From: Dehalococcoidia bacterium
GTDB taxonomy: Bacteria; Chloroflexota; Dehalococcoidia; Lucifugimonadales; UBA1123
Assembly (NCBI GenBank): GCA_021295915.1
Contig: JAGWBK010000005.1
Coordinates: 23,251-87,250 of the forward strand
Direction: 5' to 3'
DNA: 64,000 nucleotides
Of the stretch, positions 1-9,826 are shown one piece after another. Under the pieces are notes generated by a model. The model worked only from the letters and a program-made list of their open reading frames with translations, did no database searches and had not been told where the DNA came from. A program made the translations under genes and the position numbers. The stretch's first letter is position 1. Every line of letters starts with the position of its first letter.

Positions 1-196
1 TGACGAGGAAGTCCAGGCCATTCGGTAGAACGATCGAGACCGCTCTGCCTCTCCCGACTCCCGCTGCTGCAAGCGTCTCTGCCGTGCGCTCGACCTCGTC
101 CGTGAGATCTGCGTAACTTGCAGTCGGCCCGTCCGGCACTACTACTGCATTGCTGCCATCCGGATGGCCATTCAATATCTCGGCAAGTGTGGACAC
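1..196 (-). CDS. AMP-dependent synthetase/ligase (acyl-CoA synthetase family), N-terminal fragment; the gene runs off the window start
   Basis: Hand translation of the minus strand from GTG at 196-194 gives VSTLAEILNGHPDGSNAVVVPDGPTASYADLTDEVERTAETLAAAGVGRGRAVSIVLPNGLDFLV with no stop before position 1. The layout (xYxxL, then GVxxGxxVxIxLPNxxxF) is typical of adenylate-forming enzyme N-termini. An AAGGGGG Shine-Dalgarno-like motif lies at 202-208 on the minus strand, a few nt upstream. Confidence 0.5.
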   Translation of the reverse strand, partial: MSTLAEILNGHPDGSNAVVVPDGPTASYADLTDEVERTAETLAAAGVGRGRAVSIVLPNGLDFLV

Positions 197-363
197 GGTT
201 GCCCCCTTTGTTGTGGTTTCTGACTGTTCGGATAATCTCGCACCCTGCATCGTCTGTGTCAACCACAGACCCTGCCGTTAGGGCAAAGGAGACATTGACA
301 CCCCATATGGCCAAACGTAAGATTCACGCACGTTCCGCTTACAAGTCAACGTGAGGCCCCAAC

Positions 364-1080
364 ATGCTCCAAGAAGAAGTCAAAGCCCTGGTGTTCGACG
401 TCTTTGGCACCGTAGTCGACTGGCGCTCCAGCATCACCCGTGAGGGTGAGAAGCTTGGAAAGCGCAAGGGGGTCACTAACGTGGACTGGGAGGAGTTCGC
501 GGACGCATGGCGAGGCGGCTACGGCCCTTCGATGAACCTGGTGCGTACCGGAGAACTCCCGTGGACCAGGATCGATGATCTTCACCGTATGGTGCTTGAT
601 GAACTCCTGGAGAAGTTCGGTATCGAGGGCCTGACCGAAAAGGAAAAGGTCGACTTCAACAAGGCGTGGCACCGGCTCGACGGCTGGCCCGACTCCGCCG
701 CCGGATTGACCCGCCTGAAGACCAAATACGTTATCGGCACGCTTTCAAACGGCAATGTCGCCCTCCTGACCAACATGGCCAAGCACGCAGGTCTGCCGTG
801 GGACTGCATTCTGTCTGCGGAACTTGCCAAGCACTACAAGCCCGATCCTGAGGCGTACCTGATGGCCGCCGATATTCTCGGACTGGAGCCCTCGCAGGTG
901 ATGATGTCCGCTGCACACAAGGGTGACCTCAAAGCTGCACGCGCGCAGGGACTCAAGACTGCGTTCATCCCGCGTCCTGGGGAGCACGGGCCACGGCGTG
1001 AAATCGATACCTCCTCTGAGGACTGGATCGACGTAGTGGCGACCGACTTCAACGACCTCGCTGCCAAGATGGGCACGTAG
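364..1080 (+). CDS. Haloacid dehalogenase type II / HAD-superfamily hydrolase
   Basis: 238-aa ORF. It has the N-terminal HAD motif I (LVFDVFGTVVDW), a later SNG motif and a C-terminal AAHxxDLxAA segment typical of L-2-haloacid dehalogenase-like HAD enzymes. Confidence 0.8.
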   Translation: MLQEEVKALVFDVFGTVVDWRSSITREGEKLGKRKGVTNVDWEEFADAWRGGYGPSMNLVRTGELPWTRIDDLHRMVLDELLEKFGIEGLTEKEKVDFNKAWHRLDGWPDSAAGLTRLKTKYVIGTLSNGNVALLTNMAKHAGLPWDCILSAELAKHYKPDPEAYLMAADILGLEPSQVMMSAAHKGDLKAARAQGLKTAFIPRPGEHGPRREIDTSSEDWIDVVATDFNDLAAKMGT

Positions 1081-1111
1081 CAGCGCGTCCGTCTCGTCGA
1101 CCCTACGACTC

Positions 1112-2296
1112 ATGGCATCCCGTCGCCGGAACGCCCTAGTAATGCAGTCCGGCGGCTGCACGAACGTCCTCAACAGGAGCCTGTACGGCCTCGCGTCGGA
1201 ATTTACCCGAACTGGCGAGGGCACCCTATACGGCGTTCCCCATGGCTTCGAGGGTCTCCTGGAAGGCAGGAGCGTCAACCTTTCGTCGGTGTCCGAGTCT
1301 CAGTGGGCGACTGTGGCAAACGCGCCTGGTGCAGCCATCGGCTCAACCCGCCGCAAGCTGCGTGACGAAGATGTAGATTCCGTCTTCGACTTCATGGACA
1401 GGGTCGACATCGGCTTCTGGTTCATCATCGGTGGCAACGACTCGGCTGAAACGGGACATACCCTTCAGACACTGTCCGGCGAGCGTGGATACGACCTCTG
1501 CGTCGTGAACGTGCCCAAGACCATCGACAACGACCTTGTACTTACTGACCACTGCCCCGGCTACGGCAGTGCCGCCAGGTTCATCGCGCTTGCCGTGATG
1601 GGATCAGGCCGCGACGCCGAGGCCATGCAGGGTGCATCCCCGATCACGATCATGGAGGTCATGGGCCGCGACGCCGGCTGGCTTGCTGCCGCGTCTGCTC
1701 TGGCAAAACGCGATGAGCGTGATGCGCCGCACGTCATCTGTGTACCGGAGGTCCCGCAAACTGAGGACGATTTCATCTCCCGCGTCGAACACGCATACGC
1801 GAAGCATGGCTTCTGCGTAGCTGTCATCTCGGAGAATACGAGAACTCCCGGCGGCAATCCAATCGGAGGACAGGACGAGCCCTGGTTCACGGATGACTTC
1901 GGCCACCAGTACTATGACGGTCCTGCGAGATACCTGGCCGGACTCGCCAGCCGTACCCTTGGCGTGAGGGCGCGATACGAGAAGCCGGGCACGATACAGC
2001 GTTCGTTCATCGAGGCGGCTTCCGAACCTGACTTGCAGGAGGCCGAGATGGCGGGAAGGGCTGCAGTCACTGCTGCACTCAATGGCAACCGCGGGGTCAT
2101 GATCACTCTGGAACGTGACGAAACCCACGGTTACAATTGTTTTACAGGTGTTGCGCTACTCGAACAGGTCGGAGGCTTGGTCAGGCCCATGCCTGATTCA
2201 TTCCTTTCGAGGGACGAGGGGTTCGTGACCCAGGACTTTATCAACTACCTGAAGCCCCTTGTGGGACCTCTACCCACCATGGGCCGCCTGATTTAA
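1112..2296 (+). CDS. pfk: 6-phosphofructokinase family protein (phosphoryl donor not assignable by eye)
   Basis: 394-aa ORF with PFK signatures: SGGCTNVLN, FIIGGNDS, PKTIDNDL and MGRDAGWLA. Confidence 0.85.
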   Translation: MASRRRNALVMQSGGCTNVLNRSLYGLASEFTRTGEGTLYGVPHGFEGLLEGRSVNLSSVSESQWATVANAPGAAIGSTRRKLRDEDVDSVFDFMDRVDIGFWFIIGGNDSAETGHTLQTLSGERGYDLCVVNVPKTIDNDLVLTDHCPGYGSAARFIALAVMGSGRDAEAMQGASPITIMEVMGRDAGWLAAASALAKRDERDAPHVICVPEVPQTEDDFISRVEHAYAKHGFCVAVISENTRTPGGNPIGGQDEPWFTDDFGHQYYDGPARYLAGLASRTLGVRARYEKPGTIQRSFIEAASEPDLQEAEMAGRAAVTAALNGNRGVMITLERDETHGYNCFTGVALLEQVGGLVRPMPDSFLSRDEGFVTQDFINYLKPLVGPLPTMGRLI

Positions 2297-2324
2297 GTCT
2301 CCCAATGGGAATCGGAGGTATATC

Positions 2325-2924
2325 GTGAGCCTTCTAACCAGGAAATCGGTTCTCATCATCTTGGTGGTCGTGGCAATTCCGGTACTTGCCTTTGCGTGGT
2401 GGCTCCTTTCTCCGCTCTTCCTGAACACCACTGTCAACGAGGAGTTCCCTCTCTCGGCTACCGCCGATATGCCTGAAGGTGTCTCCCAGGAAGAGGCAGA
2501 GGACATCATGGAGGGCATGGCCAAGATAAACATGGAAGCCGCCGAGCCTATGCCGGACACGATGACCGAGGCGCGGGTCCTGGCCTCGGGTAAGTTCAGA
2601 GATGCCGATAGCTTCCACAAGGGCAGCGGCGACGTAAATCTGTATCGGCTGCCAAGTGGAGATGCAGTGCTGAGGTTCGAGGACTTGTCCGTAACCAATG
2701 GCCCTGATCTGCACGTGTTGGTCTCGACTCATCCCGACCCTATGACTAAGGGTGAGCTCAGGGACGCCGGCTACTCAACACTGGGACAGCTCAAGGGGAA
2801 CCGTGGCGATCAGAACTACGAAATCCCGTCCAGTGTCGATCCTGACACCATCAGTTCGGTGATCATCTACTGCATGCCGTTCCACGTGATTTTCAGCGTC
2901 GCTCCTCTCTTTGATCAGGGCTAG
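2325..2924 (+). CDS. DM13 domain-containing membrane-anchored protein
   Basis: GTG start preceded by GGAGG. There is an N-terminal TM helix (VLIILVVVAIPVLAFAWWLL). The C-terminal block GKFRDADSFHKGSGDVNLYRLPSGDAVLRFEDLSVTNGPDLHVLV matches the DM13 domain pattern. Confidence 0.65.
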   Translation: MSLLTRKSVLIILVVVAIPVLAFAWWLLSPLFLNTTVNEEFPLSATADMPEGVSQEEAEDIMEGMAKINMEAAEPMPDTMTEARVLASGKFRDADSFHKGSGDVNLYRLPSGDAVLRFEDLSVTNGPDLHVLVSTHPDPMTKGELRDAGYSTLGQLKGNRGDQNYEIPSSVDPDTISSVIIYCMPFHVIFSVAPLFDQG

Positions 2925-2941
2925 GAATCCGGCTCTTCACA

Positions 2942-2973
2942 TTCGACCGAAACGTCTCTGATCGGTCGAATTT
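2942..2973 (+). terminator. Hairpin plus short T-run downstream of the DM13 gene
   Basis: A perfect 9-bp stem, TTCGACCGA (2942-2950) / TCGGTCGAA (2962-2970), has an 11-nt loop and is followed by TTT. Confidence 0.5.
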
Positions 2974-3008
2974 AGCCCCGTAAGGTGACGAATTCCGGGA
3001 CTCTTGGG

Positions 3009-3017
3009 TGCTACAAT
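3009..3017 (+). promoter_or_regulatory. Extended -10 promoter element (TGcTACAAT) upstream of dnaE
   Basis: TGCTACAAT lies 74 nt upstream of the dnaE ATG. The -35 is weak, which is consistent with extended -10 usage. Confidence 0.35.
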
Positions 3018-3090
3018 GCCGCTCGACGGACTGACAATCTTGGCTCCGTCCCGGCTGGTATATTAGCTGACCCATTGAGAGTCCGCCCGT

Positions 3091-6000
3091 ATGTTCACCC
3101 ACCTCCACACGCACACTGAATACTCCCTGCTCGACGGACTCAGCCGTCTCGAACCATTGGTCCATCGCACTAAAGAGTTGGGCATGGAGAGCCTCGCCAT
3201 CACCGATCATGGCGGCATGTACGGAGCGATCGATTTCTATCAGCTTGCCAAGTCTGAAGGCATTCGCCCGATCATTGGCTGCGAGATGTACGTCGCTCCT
3301 GGCAGCCGGCACGAGCGCAACCCTGACGAGCGCAGCCCATACCACATGACTGTACTGGCGCGGGACTACAAGGGATACCAGAACCTGGTCAAGCTAGTCA
3401 CGACTTCTCACCTCGAGGGCTTCTACTATCGTCCACGCGTGGACCGGGAGATCCTGGAACGCTACCACGAGGGGCTGATCGTGATGTCCGGGTGCGCAAG
3501 CGGCGAGGTGCCGCTTCTGATCACCCAGGGGCGACTAGATGAGGCTCGCGCAACTGCGTCCTGGTATCGAGAGGTCTTCGGGGACTACTACCTGGAGATC
3601 ATGCGTCATGGCGACGTGCCAGAGCTCCCGGCGATCAACAGTGGCCTGCTAGACATTCACCGGGACCTTGGCATCCCTATCGTCGCCACGAACGATTCAC
3701 ACTACATTCTCCAGGAGCATGCCCGGTTCCAGGACATCCTGATCTGCATTCATACAAACACTAACGTTGAAGACAGCAAGCGTCTTCGCATGGAGGAGGC
3801 GTCCTACTACCTCAAGAGTCCTCAGGAGATGGAAGACCTGTTCCACGATCTTCCTGAAGCCATAGAGAACACCCAGCTAATTGCCGACAAGTGCGACCTG
3901 GATATCGACTTCAGCCAGCTCAGGCTGCCCCAGTACCAGGTTCCTGAGGGCACAACTCCTTTCGAATACCTGTCCAACATATGCTGGGAGGGCCTGAGCG
4001 AACGCATGCCCAATGCCAGTGATTCAGAAAAGGAGCGTTTGAAGTACGAACTCGAAGTTATCAGGCAGACCAACTTCGACAACTACTTCCTGGTCGTCTG
4101 GGACATCGCCAGATTCGTCCGCGAACGCGATATATTCTTCGCCGTGAGGGGCAGCGCGGCTGCCAGCCTCGTCCTGTACTGCCTGGGTGTAACTAACGTA
4201 AATCCGTTGCCCTACAGACTGGTCTTCGAGCGCTTCCTGAACCTGGAACGCAAGGAGATGCCTGACATCGACATGGACTTCCAGGACGACCGCCGCGAGG
4301 AAGTCATCAACTACGTTGTTGACAAGTATGGACGTGAGCACGTCGCCCACATCATAACTTTCGGCACGCTTGGCGCTCGCGCAGCGATTCGCGACGTCGG
4401 GCGTGCGCTCGCCATGCCGTACGCAGACGTGGACCGTGTGGCCCGGATGATCCCGATGCGCCTTGGAATCACACTCAAGGACGCAAAGTCCGAAGCTGGA
4501 TCAGAGCTGGGCGAGGCAATAGAGGCTGACGAGTCAATTCGCGAGCTTATCCAGACTGCTGAAGGCCTCGAAGGCGTAACCCGCCATTCCAGCACACATG
4601 CTGCAGGTGTCGTCATCTCGCAGCAGCCGCTGGACGAAGTCGTGCCGCTCCAGCGACCCCAGAAGTCCGACGGCAGCGGTTCGGTCGCAACAACGACCCA
4701 GTACGCAATGGACCCTGTTGCGGCCCTCGGGCTGCTGAAGATGGACTTCCTGGGACTGGTCAATCTGACGGTGCTTGCGAAGGCCCGGGATCTCATCTCA
4801 GAGCATAGGGGAATTCACTTCGATCTGACCGAGATCCCCCTCGACGACACCAGTGCTTTCGACCTTCTCTCTCGGGGCGAGACCGTCGGCGTGTTCCAGC
4901 TTGAGGGTAGCGGGATGACCCGCTACATCAAGGAACTGAAGCCCAATACCCTTAGCGATGTTGCCGCGATGATAGCCCTCTATCGTCCCGGCCCAATGGA
5001 GCACATCTCGACTTTCATCGACGCTAAGCACGGACGTGTGCCGGTGTCGTACCTGCACCCCGATCTCGAGGACATTCTCGAAGAGACGTACGGCGTAATC
5101 GTCTATCAGGACCAGGTGCTCCACATTGCGCAGACATTCGCCGGCTACACGCTCGGCGAAGCGGACATCGTCCGCAAAGCTATGGGGAAGAAGATCCCCG
5201 CGATTATGGCCGAGGAGAGGGACAAGTTCCTTGAAGGTGCAAAAGGGCAGGGTTTCACCTCGCAGCTTTCCGAGCAGGTCTTCTCACTAGTTGAGCCGTT
5301 CGCTGGTTATGCGTTCAACAAGGCCCACTCTGTCAGCTATGGACTCATCTCCTACTGGACCGCCTATCTCAAGGCCAACTACACGCCAGAGTACATGGTC
5401 GCCCTGCTTAACTCATACGTGGGACACACCGACCGTATTACTACCGCAATAGCCGAATGCCAACGCCTGAAGATACAGGTGCTGCCTCCCAGCTTCACCA
5501 AGGGCTACACGGACTTCACGCTGGAGAGTCAGCAGGATGGGAGTATCGCCATCCGGTACGGAATGGGCGCCGTCAAGAACGTGGGGACCGCGTCAGTGGA
5601 CGCTGTCGTGGAGTCCAGGGAGCGTCTCGGCGGCTTCGAGTCAATCGAAGAAATGTGTCGCGAGTCCGAGGAGATGGCGGGTGTCAACCGTAAGACACTA
5701 GAGTGTCTCATCAAGGTGGGAGCCTTGGACGACTTTGGTGACCGAGCCGCCGTTCTCGAGTCCATGGACAGGATTATCTCACTGGCTCAGAGTGAAGCGA
5801 GACTGAGGGACTCCAACCAGTCTACGATGTTCGATCTGTTTGGCGAGTCGGTCTCAGCGCCACTCACGACTATCTCGCTACCCGACGTTCGATCGTCAGA
5901 TCGGGAGCGTGAGGAGTGGGAGAGAGAACTGATCGGAGTGTCACTGTCGAGCATCAGCGTACTCTCGTCGATTCTTACAATGGCGGACTCGGAGCATATC

Positions 6001-6756
6001 GTGTTCAGGAGCGACATCGACCAGAATCTGGCAGGTCAGAAGGTATCGGTAGTCGGCCAGGTCGCCTCTGTTACTCAGCGATTCACGAGGAACAACAAAC
6101 CATTCATAATCGCCGGACTTGGACTGATGGACGGGCAGATTGAAGTCTTCGTCTGGGAAGAGCAGATGCAGGAGTCCGAGGGTCTCTGGGAAGTTGGGCA
6201 GACCGTGGCCGTTGCCGGAACGGTGCGGGTGAGGGAAGACCAGATAAGCATCAGCTGCACTAATGCCGGACTGTTCAGTCCTGATGAACCCGAAAAACAA
6301 TCAGAAGAGCCATCTGTGACCAAGTCGCCCGCTGCGGTGGTCTCAGAGGTGCGCGATTCCGCGGCGAGGTACGACGAAGACTTGGAACAGAAACGAGACT
6401 ACAGCGAAACTTCTGCCAACGGCACGGCTAATGGTGCGTCTGACAAGAATGGCGACGTCAACGGCGAGATTCCCAGCCTCGCCCACTCAAGGCCTGTCGT
6501 GCCCAACCAGCTCAGTTTGATGATCAGGGAAACAGATAGCCCCGTCGATGACCAGATGATGCTGGATGACGTGAAGAGATTGCTCCTGGAGTACTCGGGG
6601 TCCGACCAGGTTATGCTCGAGATAGCTGCGCAGGGCCAGATCCACAGGTTGGAGTGGACTACTATCCAGGTCAACGCCTGTGATGAGTTGAGAGACCGCC
6701 TTGAGGAAGTGTTGGCCGACTCCGGTTCGGTGAGCTTACAGCCCGCTCTAACGTGA
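3091..6756 (+). CDS. dnaE: DNA polymerase III subunit alpha
   Basis: 1221-aa ORF. It has an N-terminal PHP domain (FTHLHTHTEYSLLDG, ITDHG), polymerase core motifs (DIDMDF, GLLKMDFLGL, YRPGPM, FNKAHS), an OB-fold and a C-terminal domain. Confidence 0.97.
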   Translation: MFTHLHTHTEYSLLDGLSRLEPLVHRTKELGMESLAITDHGGMYGAIDFYQLAKSEGIRPIIGCEMYVAPGSRHERNPDERSPYHMTVLARDYKGYQNLVKLVTTSHLEGFYYRPRVDREILERYHEGLIVMSGCASGEVPLLITQGRLDEARATASWYREVFGDYYLEIMRHGDVPELPAINSGLLDIHRDLGIPIVATNDSHYILQEHARFQDILICIHTNTNVEDSKRLRMEEASYYLKSPQEMEDLFHDLPEAIENTQLIADKCDLDIDFSQLRLPQYQVPEGTTPFEYLSNICWEGLSERMPNASDSEKERLKYELEVIRQTNFDNYFLVVWDIARFVRERDIFFAVRGSAAASLVLYCLGVTNVNPLPYRLVFERFLNLERKEMPDIDMDFQDDRREEVINYVVDKYGREHVAHIITFGTLGARAAIRDVGRALAMPYADVDRVARMIPMRLGITLKDAKSEAGSELGEAIEADESIRELIQTAEGLEGVTRHSSTHAAGVVISQQPLDEVVPLQRPQKSDGSGSVATTTQYAMDPVAALGLLKMDFLGLVNLTVLAKARDLISEHRGIHFDLTEIPLDDTSAFDLLSRGETVGVFQLEGSGMTRYIKELKPNTLSDVAAMIALYRPGPMEHISTFIDAKHGRVPVSYLHPDLEDILEETYGVIVYQDQVLHIAQTFAGYTLGEADIVRKAMGKKIPAIMAEERDKFLEGAKGQGFTSQLSEQVFSLVEPFAGYAFNKAHSVSYGLISYWTAYLKANYTPEYMVALLNSYVGHTDRITTAIAECQRLKIQVLPPSFTKGYTDFTLESQQDGSIAIRYGMGAVKNVGTASVDAVVESRERLGGFESIEEMCRESEEMAGVNRKTLECLIKVGALDDFGDRAAVLESMDRIISLAQSEARLRDSNQSTMFDLFGESVSAPLTTISLPDVRSSDREREEWERELIGVSLSSISVLSSILTMADSEHIVFRSDIDQNLAGQKVSVVGQVASVTQRFTRNNKPFIIAGLGLMDGQIEVFVWEEQMQESEGLWEVGQTVAVAGTVRVREDQISISCTNAGLFSPDEPEKQSEEPSVTKSPAAVVSEVRDSAARYDEDLEQKRDYSETSANGTANGASDKNGDVNGEIPSLAHSRPVVPNQLSLMIRETDSPVDDQMMLDDVKRLLLEYSGSDQVMLEIAAQGQIHRLEWTTIQVNACDELRDRLEEVLADSGSVSLQPALT

Positions 6757-6767
6757 CCTAACCCGTC

Positions 6768-7292
6768 TTAGAGCAGTCGACGTGACCCGCTCTCCATGTC
6801 CAGCAGCCACCGCTTGAGGTCAAGCCTTTCGCTGCCGCTTCCGAAGCCGCGCAGACTGCCGTCGCTTCCGACAACCCTGTGGCAGGGTACGATCAGAGGT
6901 ACCCTGTTTCTCGCCATAGTCTGGCCGGCCGCGCGTGAGGCGTTCGGATTACCGGCGCGCCTGGCGAGCCACCCATAAGTACGTGTCTCCCCCCTCGGAA
7001 TAGACCGGCAGGCGTTCCACGCATTGATGTAGAACTCCGTCGCATCGTCAATGTCGAGCTTGACGCTGTAGAGGTCGACATCTTCTCCCGACAGGTACGC
7101 TGTCAACAGGTCCGGAACATCGCCCAGTTCCGTTCTGGCTTGATTTGCACCGTCGATCTCAGGACCCAGAGAGGCAACGCTCTCGTCCGGAGTTTCGCAG
7201 GGCAGGGTACTGCGACGAATGCCTGATCTCGATGCGAGAAGGCCAACCCAGCCCTGATCGGTCTGAAATACGTGGTAGAACCTGTCGCTCAT
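6768..7292 (-). CDS. ogt: Methylated-DNA--protein-cysteine methyltransferase
   Basis: Active-site motif VPLIVPCHRVVGSDGSLRGFG. I chose the ATG at 7292-7290 (MSDRFYHVF), which forms an ATGA overlap with the stop of the upstream transglutaminase gene, instead of the longer 7373 ORF start. Confidence 0.85.
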   Translation of the reverse strand: MSDRFYHVFQTDQGWVGLLASRSGIRRSTLPCETPDESVASLGPEIDGANQARTELGDVPDLLTAYLSGEDVDLYSVKLDIDDATEFYINAWNACRSIPRGETRTYGWLARRAGNPNASRAAGQTMARNRVPLIVPCHRVVGSDGSLRGFGSGSERLDLKRWLLDMESGSRRLL

Positions 7293-9826
7293 TCCGTCTC
7301 CGGTTGCGCGCGGGCACTGCTGCCGAACTGTCCGAAGACTCGACGGAACAGGCCTAACTTTATCGAGTTCCATGCCTCTTCTGCGGCTTCCTGCCTCTCC
7401 TCATCTTCGTCGACAGAGCCGTAACGAACAGCCGCATAGGCCCATGCGATTAGTGACGCTCCGTCACTTACGCTCGGGACTAGCCTGCCCATGTGGGCGG
7501 CATACTCCAGGGGGGTCTGGTCCGCCTTCCTGCCGATTCCGCCAAGCCATCCGAGCCTGGTCATCTTCGCGTACAGCCTGGCCTCAGGTCCCAGCGATCC
7601 CAGCCCGTAGTTCCACGCGAAGTGTCCAAGGAGCCAGGCGGCGGCCACAGACGCGATCGCGATCAGCGCCCACAAACCATATTCGCCGTAACGCTGCAAC
7701 ATCTGGCTGCCTGGATTGACAGTAATGTCGGTGTCGTCAAATATCCCCTCTACGAACGGGTCCGATTCCATATCACCGAACATCGAGTCAGGATCATCCT
7801 CGATCGGGTCCGTCGATCCGGTAGCGAATCGAGGCGCTCGGAGACTCCTGTCGTGAGCTGGCCAGTTCGGCGTCGGCTCGAAATCGATCCAGCCGTATCC
7901 TGGGAAGTACACTTGGACCCAGCCATGGCTGTCGGAGTCCCTGATTACTCTCAGACTGTCTTCGTTCAGCTCGCCTGGAGCGTATCCTGCAGCAATTCTT
8001 GCTGGGACCCCAACCGATCGGAGCATCACAGCCATTGAGGAACTGAAGTAGTCTGAGTATCCGACCTTCGACTCGAACAGGAACCAGTCTACGCCGTCGG
8101 AGCCAATAGGCGGCGGTTCGATGTCCAGGGAGTAGGTGAACTCAGGCCCACGCATGTACCTCTGAATGGCTAGTGACTTGTCCAGCGGATTGTCGGCTTG
8201 GGAGGTAAGGCGTTCAGCGAGGTCCCTTACCCTGTCTGGCAGCGATGCCGGAAGCTGCAGGTAGTGGTCGGTAAGGAAGTTACCGTACTCGGTACTTGCA
8301 CCTCGAAGATCGTCATCGCTTGCTATCGAGACAAGCGATGTCATGCGGTACGCTTCGTTCTCCTCAGTACTCTCCTTGAAGTGCCACGCAACCAGGTCAG
8401 GAGTCGTAGGCGCCTTTCGCTGGAAGACAACCCACTCCGGGTCTCCGGCGCCGTCTCTGAGTACCTCGATGAATATAAGGTCGTCCGGGACTAACTGAGA
8501 GGCCAAACTATGGATGCCTCCGGGCGTCATGCCAACCGACTCGAGCCTCATCGTCTCCGCCAGTTCCCTGATGTCAGATGGCATAGTCTCATCCAGCGAG
8601 GTGTCCTCAAGGTGGACGTAGAACTTCATCGGCTCCAGAGAGTCGGCAATTCCTTCCCGGCTTACCCAGTCGTATGGCCCACCCGTCAGGAATTTGTCTG
8701 TTGAGAATCCGAGTTGGAGGATTTGTGACCTTGGAACCCGCTTCAGAGTATCGCTTTGCGGCGGGGGCAGCGTGTCGGGCCCAATCTCGAGTGGTTCTGA
8801 GGCAGTTGCCACCCACCCCTTCGACGTGTACTGGTTGTACGTCTGTGAGAGCCAGTAGGAGGGGTAATCGGTCGTCGCCCAACCGACTGCTTCACCACCG
8901 AACGAGATCTTTCCTATGAAGGGAAGCCACCTGCCGAACAGACGGCCGGGCTGATCTTTCCTGGAGGGAAGCGCGGCGAAGAGCCTGGCGAAGAAGTCCT
9001 CAGCGGTCGCGATAGGAGTACGTCCGACGTTCCAGACCTGTGCGGCCGTACTGTTCGTGTACGCGTTCATGGGAAGGATGACAGCCAGAATCAGGACCGC
9101 GATGCTGAACCACACCGTTGCGTGAAGAGTCAGCCATCCGGCGCTTGGCGTGAACTGCACATTCAGTCTCCGCCACACCTCGTGACGCTGAATTATGCTC
9201 ATCCTGACGACCAGCACCATGGCGATGAACGCAAATATAAAGAAACGGGATGCGAACGTGTCCGGGAGAAAGCTCAGGTTGGTGAGAATCGCTATTCCCA
9301 GGAGGACTACTGCTATCCACACGTTGCTCCATCTGAAAATGAACCAGGAGCTGAGGAACCCAGCAATCCAGGCTAGAGCAAGGAGCATTATCAGGAATGG
9401 GAGCAGGTCGGTGCTAATTCCGTCGCTCGTCGCAGCTTCCCACCAAACGTCCAGACGCTGGAAGGTCTCGACGAAGCGGCCGAAAGTAGAGTCGCCCTCA
9501 ACCGTGCGGGAAGCCTGCCACAATATCGCCAGCACGCCAATCAGCAGGCCCGCTGGAATGAGGATGAACCAGGGAAGTCTGACCTTGGACAGTGCCAGAC
9601 CGACGATAGCGGACCACAACAACACCGCAGTGAGTCCCGCAGACTCAACCCATCCCGCCGAGTTGATTGAATCGGCGACAATGAGGAGTGCGAGGATGAG
9701 GATGGCCAGTGTTGCCCATCCCTGGCTGGGCGAGTAGCGAGACAACCAGACCAGCGCAGGATGTCCTCGCTGTTCCTCTGGGACGCCTCTTCTGCCCAGC
9801 AGTGCACCTATGCTGGGAGTGCTCAA
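7289..9826 (-). CDS. Transglutaminase-like multi-pass membrane protein (TgpA-like, with DUF4129-like C-terminus)
   Basis: 845-aa ORF. The first ~250 aa contain several hydrophobic helices. The transglutaminase core reads YFSSSMAVMLRSVGVPARIAAGY ... DSDSHGWVQVYFPGYGWIDFEPT. A late TM helix and C-terminal domain follow. The TTG start overlaps the DUF58 stop (TTGA). Confidence 0.85.
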   Translation of the reverse strand: MSTPSIGALLGRRGVPEEQRGHPALVWLSRYSPSQGWATLAILILALLIVADSINSAGWVESAGLTAVLLWSAIVGLALSKVRLPWFILIPAGLLIGVLAILWQASRTVEGDSTFGRFVETFQRLDVWWEAATSDGISTDLLPFLIMLLALAWIAGFLSSWFIFRWSNVWIAVVLLGIAILTNLSFLPDTFASRFFIFAFIAMVLVVRMSIIQRHEVWRRLNVQFTPSAGWLTLHATVWFSIAVLILAVILPMNAYTNSTAAQVWNVGRTPIATAEDFFARLFAALPSRKDQPGRLFGRWLPFIGKISFGGEAVGWATTDYPSYWLSQTYNQYTSKGWVATASEPLEIGPDTLPPPQSDTLKRVPRSQILQLGFSTDKFLTGGPYDWVSREGIADSLEPMKFYVHLEDTSLDETMPSDIRELAETMRLESVGMTPGGIHSLASQLVPDDLIFIEVLRDGAGDPEWVVFQRKAPTTPDLVAWHFKESTEENEAYRMTSLVSIASDDDLRGASTEYGNFLTDHYLQLPASLPDRVRDLAERLTSQADNPLDKSLAIQRYMRGPEFTYSLDIEPPPIGSDGVDWFLFESKVGYSDYFSSSMAVMLRSVGVPARIAAGYAPGELNEDSLRVIRDSDSHGWVQVYFPGYGWIDFEPTPNWPAHDRSLRAPRFATGSTDPIEDDPDSMFGDMESDPFVEGIFDDTDITVNPGSQMLQRYGEYGLWALIAIASVAAAWLLGHFAWNYGLGSLGPEARLYAKMTRLGWLGGIGRKADQTPLEYAAHMGRLVPSVSDGASLIAWAYAAVRYGSVDEDEERQEAAEEAWNSIKLGLFRRVFGQFGSSARAQPETE

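Noticed and set aside
118-354. 78-aa plus-strand ORF at the window start.
   Set aside because: It overlaps the N-terminus of the minus-strand acyl-CoA synthetase fragment and the intergenic region. It has no motifs and a Pro/Arg/Ser-rich composition.
6768-7373. Longer 201-aa version of ogt. Analogous long versions exist for the alpha/beta hydrolase (to 40640), the LLM (to 41746), the lactonase (from 41770), hpt (from 44369) and the CoA-transferase (to 54882).
   Set aside because: The extensions overlap upstream genes or lack an RBS. Internal ATG/TTG starts give ATGA overlaps or properly spaced GGAGG-type sites, and N-termini typical of the families.
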